Assembly (NCBI GenBank): GCA_028023455.1 | Contig: JAQFVV010000005.1 | Location: 17,050,001-17,114,000, forward strand | Origin: Epiperipatus broadwayi | Lineage: Eukaryota; Animalia; Onychophora | Length of the DNA stretch: 64,000 nt | Direction of reading: 5' to 3' | In this document: positions 60,461 through 64,000 of the stretch, in pieces | Layout of the letters: every line of letters starts with the position of its first letter | Position numbering within the stretch: the stretch's first letter is position 1 | Made by a program: the position numbers and the translations under genes | The notes under the pieces: generated by a model | Databases searched by the model: none | Seen by the model: only the letters and a program-made list of their open reading frames with translations | Told to the model about the DNA's origin: nothing

Positions 60461-62374
60461 CGTTAGCCTGGTCTACAGAAGACCCATTTCTAATCCAGTC
60501 ACAAGGTTGACTGTTAATTTATATTTTTTATTGTTCAAATCCAGCCACAAGATGGACTGTTGATTTTATTCTGATGTAGTTGTTAATCATTCAGAATGAA
60601 TGGTTTATTTTGAATATTACTTATAATTACTTTTACTTTATAATGCTGTTTGATATATGATTGATGTACAGTTTTTTTAGTTGCTCTTCTGAGTTAGCTG
60701 GCGGCTGATCTCTCAATGATCTCAGAGATTCTCTAATCTCATGTTCTCCTTAAATATTATAGTTCTTGTAAATTTTATATTAAATCATTTTAATTGAAAT
60801 ATTGTGGACTTGGGACTGATGATGATTTTCCATCACCCAGTTCAAAACTTAATTCCTACGCCCCCCCCATCCTGTTACAATATACAATAATTTTTTAAGT
60901 TCAATAATTTCCCTTTAATATGAAAATGTATATGAATGAATAGAACATGCAAAGCATTTAACAAATGATCTGTTCTTATTGAATTTTTATACATCACATG
61001 GTTTGATTATCGTAAATATTTTGTTTAGGTATAAAAAAAAAATCATTATATAGGAACCTGAATACATCATGCTTAAAACAATGGCATTTAATGAATTACA
61101 TTATAATTAAAAAATGCAGAAGTTTACATGAACACTTACAAGGGCAGATTTTCGGAGGATCATAAGATAGTCTGCTCCAAGATTAACATGATAATTGTGT
61201 AAAAAAGTATATGTTACTCCAATCACACTCATAAGAAAATTGATGTTCATTCTTTAGAAGTATCTCTACACACAATAAATTTTAACAGCTATTAAACACT
61301 AAAATTCCTAATTTACACCTTTAGAGTAGTTGTGTTGTTGGGGCATTGAATTCTATTAAGCGATGTGTTATGGGGACAAGTAAATTTATTCTTGAATTCA
61401 CTAATTTTTTTGACAATGATATTAGTGATTTGATTAAAAGAAATATTCAACAATTTCTGCTTGCAGAATGATAAATCAAATATGAAATTGCATAAATATA
61501 GAGATTAAAGGGCAGAAATTCACCAACTGATAAAAAAGCTTAATGATTGGTGGTTTAAAACTGTAAAAAAGACAGAGAGATTTATGACTATCATAACTAG
61601 ATCTTTTATAATGCATTGAAAGCAATATATGAACCTGAGAAACAATATCACGATACTATTAAATCCAGTAATGACACTTTTATATGATATTGCAAATTGG
61701 TGGAATAAGTATTTTAAACATCTTTTGAATAATAATTGAGATGCCAATTTTTAATGATGTATCCATTTTATCCAATCATTTAGATTTGGACAAGGATGTA
61801 CAGCTTAGTGAAGTCAAAACAGTTCTTTGTAATCTTAAAAATGAAAAAGTTTCAAATTCTGATAAAATATCTGGAGAAGTTTAAAATATGGTGATGAAAT
61901 GTTAGCTTCAGAAATATTGAAATTTTTTAGGAATGTACTGACTCTTGAAGTTATGTCACTTGATCTTAAGAATACTTTTATTATTCCAATTTTTAAAAAT
62001 AAAGAGAACAGATAAGATTGCAATACCAGCAAAGGCACTTTCAAAGAATTTTTTTAACAGATTATTTCTAATCATAGACAAATGGATACCAGAGATTCTG
62101 TATAATTTTAGAAAATCAAGAAGATAGAATCATTGTTAAACAAATGTGAAACACTCATGATTTATATATTGCTCTTATTGATGATCAAGACATTTGATTT
62201 AAATTAATCAAACAGGTCTATGGCACTTATTTGAAATTATTAGATTGTTCACCAAAGTGTATTGTTTTTACATGATGAAACAAGAGAAAATGTTAATACT
62301 ACAAGTCAAAAATATGAAACATTTGAAAAATAAAATGGTATTAAACAAAAAAAAAAGAACTCTGACAGCCCCGC

Positions 62375-62650
62375 ATAGCTATTTAAGTTATTGAAAACAT
62401 TTAGGTATCTAAAAATTTCAGACTTTACTTAATAGTTAACTTTTAGATAAATGCTGACTTTGGCTTGGTATTTTTAGATCTAGTGTCTGAAACTATCTAG
62501 CGCTTCACTGAGGAGTGCCAAAGCATGAAACCATTGGTCTGAGGCTACGGAGAGGTTTTCAAGATAGAGATTTTGTTTAGCTGGCATTTATCAATAAAGC
62601 TTGTTAGAGCAAATTAGCAGAGCTCTTTATTTTTTATTTACAAGCTTAAA
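62375..62650 (+). mobile_element. HHR family 3 element, dispersed copy
   Basis: Reverse complement TAAAAATACCAAGCCAAAGTCAGCATTTATCTAA...CTGAAATTTTTAGATACC...AACTTAAATAGCTAT aligns to the 3975-4945 unit. Confidence 0.8.
62502..62545 (+). ncRNA. Canonical type I hammerhead ribozyme, all core nucleotides and three helices intact
   Basis: GCTTCA-CTGAGGA-GTGC/CAAA/GCAT-GAAA-CC/ATT/GG-TC-TGAGGC; GUC triplet, predicted cleavage after C62539. Confidence 0.88.
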
Positions 62651-62737
62651 AATTGAGTCATGTGATATATGATTTTGATTTTTTGTTGACTAGGTATTAA
62701 ACAAGTTTGTTTATTGTTTTTGATATTTATTATAGTT

Positions 62738-62870
62738 TTATTTGTCATTTTTCAGCGATTCTCTTTTTTTATTTGTCTTTTTTCAGCCACTTTCATCGGG
62801 TTTTTTTTTATTTGACATTTTTCAGTCACTTTCATCATTTTTTTTTTTGTCATTTTTCAGCCACTTTGGT
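62738..62870. repeat. Minisatellite, ~4 copies of a 30-40-bp unit
   Basis: TTTTATTTG(T/A)C(A)TTTTTCAG(C/T)CACTTT repeated. Confidence 0.75.
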
Positions 62871-64000
62871 AAATAAATTTATCACTTGCAGGTTTCAGGC
62901 CGGTTGTTGATGGTTTCACAGCACCATCTGATGGCAGCAGTACGGTCTCTCCTCAACTACCAGTAGTTTTATATGTAGTAAAACATTGGATGTTGAGTTA
63001 CAGCATAAAAGATAATATTCTGCTACTGGTTTTAACAAGTTAAATAATAGAGTTTTCATTACAGTGAAATAAATATTGCAATTAAATTAGCTGTATATAG
63101 AGTTGTTATTTTGATTAATTTATCCCATGGAAGTAAGATATGGACTTCCATTAATGTAACATAATGGCATTAGAAAAGTTTCATTTAAGGATATTCATAA
63201 AATTTTAAAAATACAATAGCAAGATCAATCAATGGGTTTTTCAATTTTCTGGATGTGATACTATAAAGTCCACTATTGCTAAATCACAATTTCATTGAAT
63301 TGGATATGTAAAACAAATAATGCAGGATTTCCTGAAATAGTGCATTATGGGGAATTATTGAGAAAGATCATGTTTACATTTTATGAATTTCTCAAAGTCA
63401 TTAAAATCAGTTTAATGTGAATTGTTTTCATTGAGAAAATATTGCAAAAATTAGAATATATTGAAGAGCTACAATTGGACACAGCGTTGAAATATTTTAG
63501 AAAGAAAAGTTGTCTGCAGAAGTTAAAATACAGTATTGCAAAATAACCAATAAATAGAACAATGGACCAGTATGTTCTATATGAGGATATATATTTGTGT
63601 TTCATAGATTGGTTTACATAGTTATTGCATAATTCACCTTTAGTGTATTATTATTACTTGTAATGATAGATCACCACCTAATTAGTTTTAATTGCATCAA
63701 AGAGAAATATTTGCTTTAAAAGATTAAGTTACTTGGAATCTAATAAATGTATAATTATGAATTGAAAAATCTCTAAAAAATAATGTGAAATTCATTGTAG
63801 GAAGATTCTTTTAATTGGTGATTATCATTTATCCTTTGAGTTTAAAAATTTCTTTTAATGCAGGTGGAAAATTTTTAAATCTGTATCTGATATAGAATAA
63901 TTACTGTCATTAATTTAGGTAAAGTTTTTGATTTTAATATTATCTACTTTTAATACTATTTAGATTGTTTGTGAGCACTTCACTTATGAAGCCTGTAATA

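Larger units (their letters stand above)
61140..63450 (+). mobile_element. Decayed RTE LINE interrupted by a family 3 HHR element and a minisatellite
   Basis: LKAIYEP, YFKHLLN, SEVKTVLCNLKNEK..DKISGE, IIPIFK (61600-62300); GSKIWT and FHLRIF-like C-terminal motifs at 63125-63400. Confidence 0.7.

Noticed and set aside
969-63605. Dozens of 60-125-aa ORFs in the supplied track
   Set aside because: They are antisense or out-of-frame shadows of RNF8 and TE ORFs, or low-complexity AT-rich ORFs with alternative starts, and carry no recognisable domains.

Overview
AT-rich eukaryotic DNA, probably from an arthropod (inferred from the tRNA-Asp sequence and transposon content); nothing prokaryotic. The genic content is three intronless minus-strand RNF8-like E3 ligase copies plus one tRNA-Asp(GTC). 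The copy at 35751-37229 is intact (FHA, coiled coil, RING, C-terminal CCHC knuckle). The copy at 12533-13983 is broken only by three +/-1 changes in A homopolymers, so it may be an assembly artefact. The copy at 53377-53973 lacks the FHA domain. Shared flanks show the first two copies arose by segmental tandem duplication and predict another copy left of the window. The rest is transposon debris: a hAT with perfect TIR/TSD, a full-length RTE, other RTE pieces, a Tx1/L1-like LINE, Penelope-like RT and GIY-YIG pieces, a decayed Ty3/Gypsy pol, mariner remnants, tRNA-derived SINEs and foldbacks. The main hidden signal is about 20 type I hammerhead-ribozyme (HHR) motifs in four repeat families that superficially look like MITEs or satellites. 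They include a head-to-tail array with 336/380-nt HHR spacing (3975-4945, retrozyme-like) and one fully canonical HHR (62502-62545). All alignments and folds were done by eye; no searches were run.
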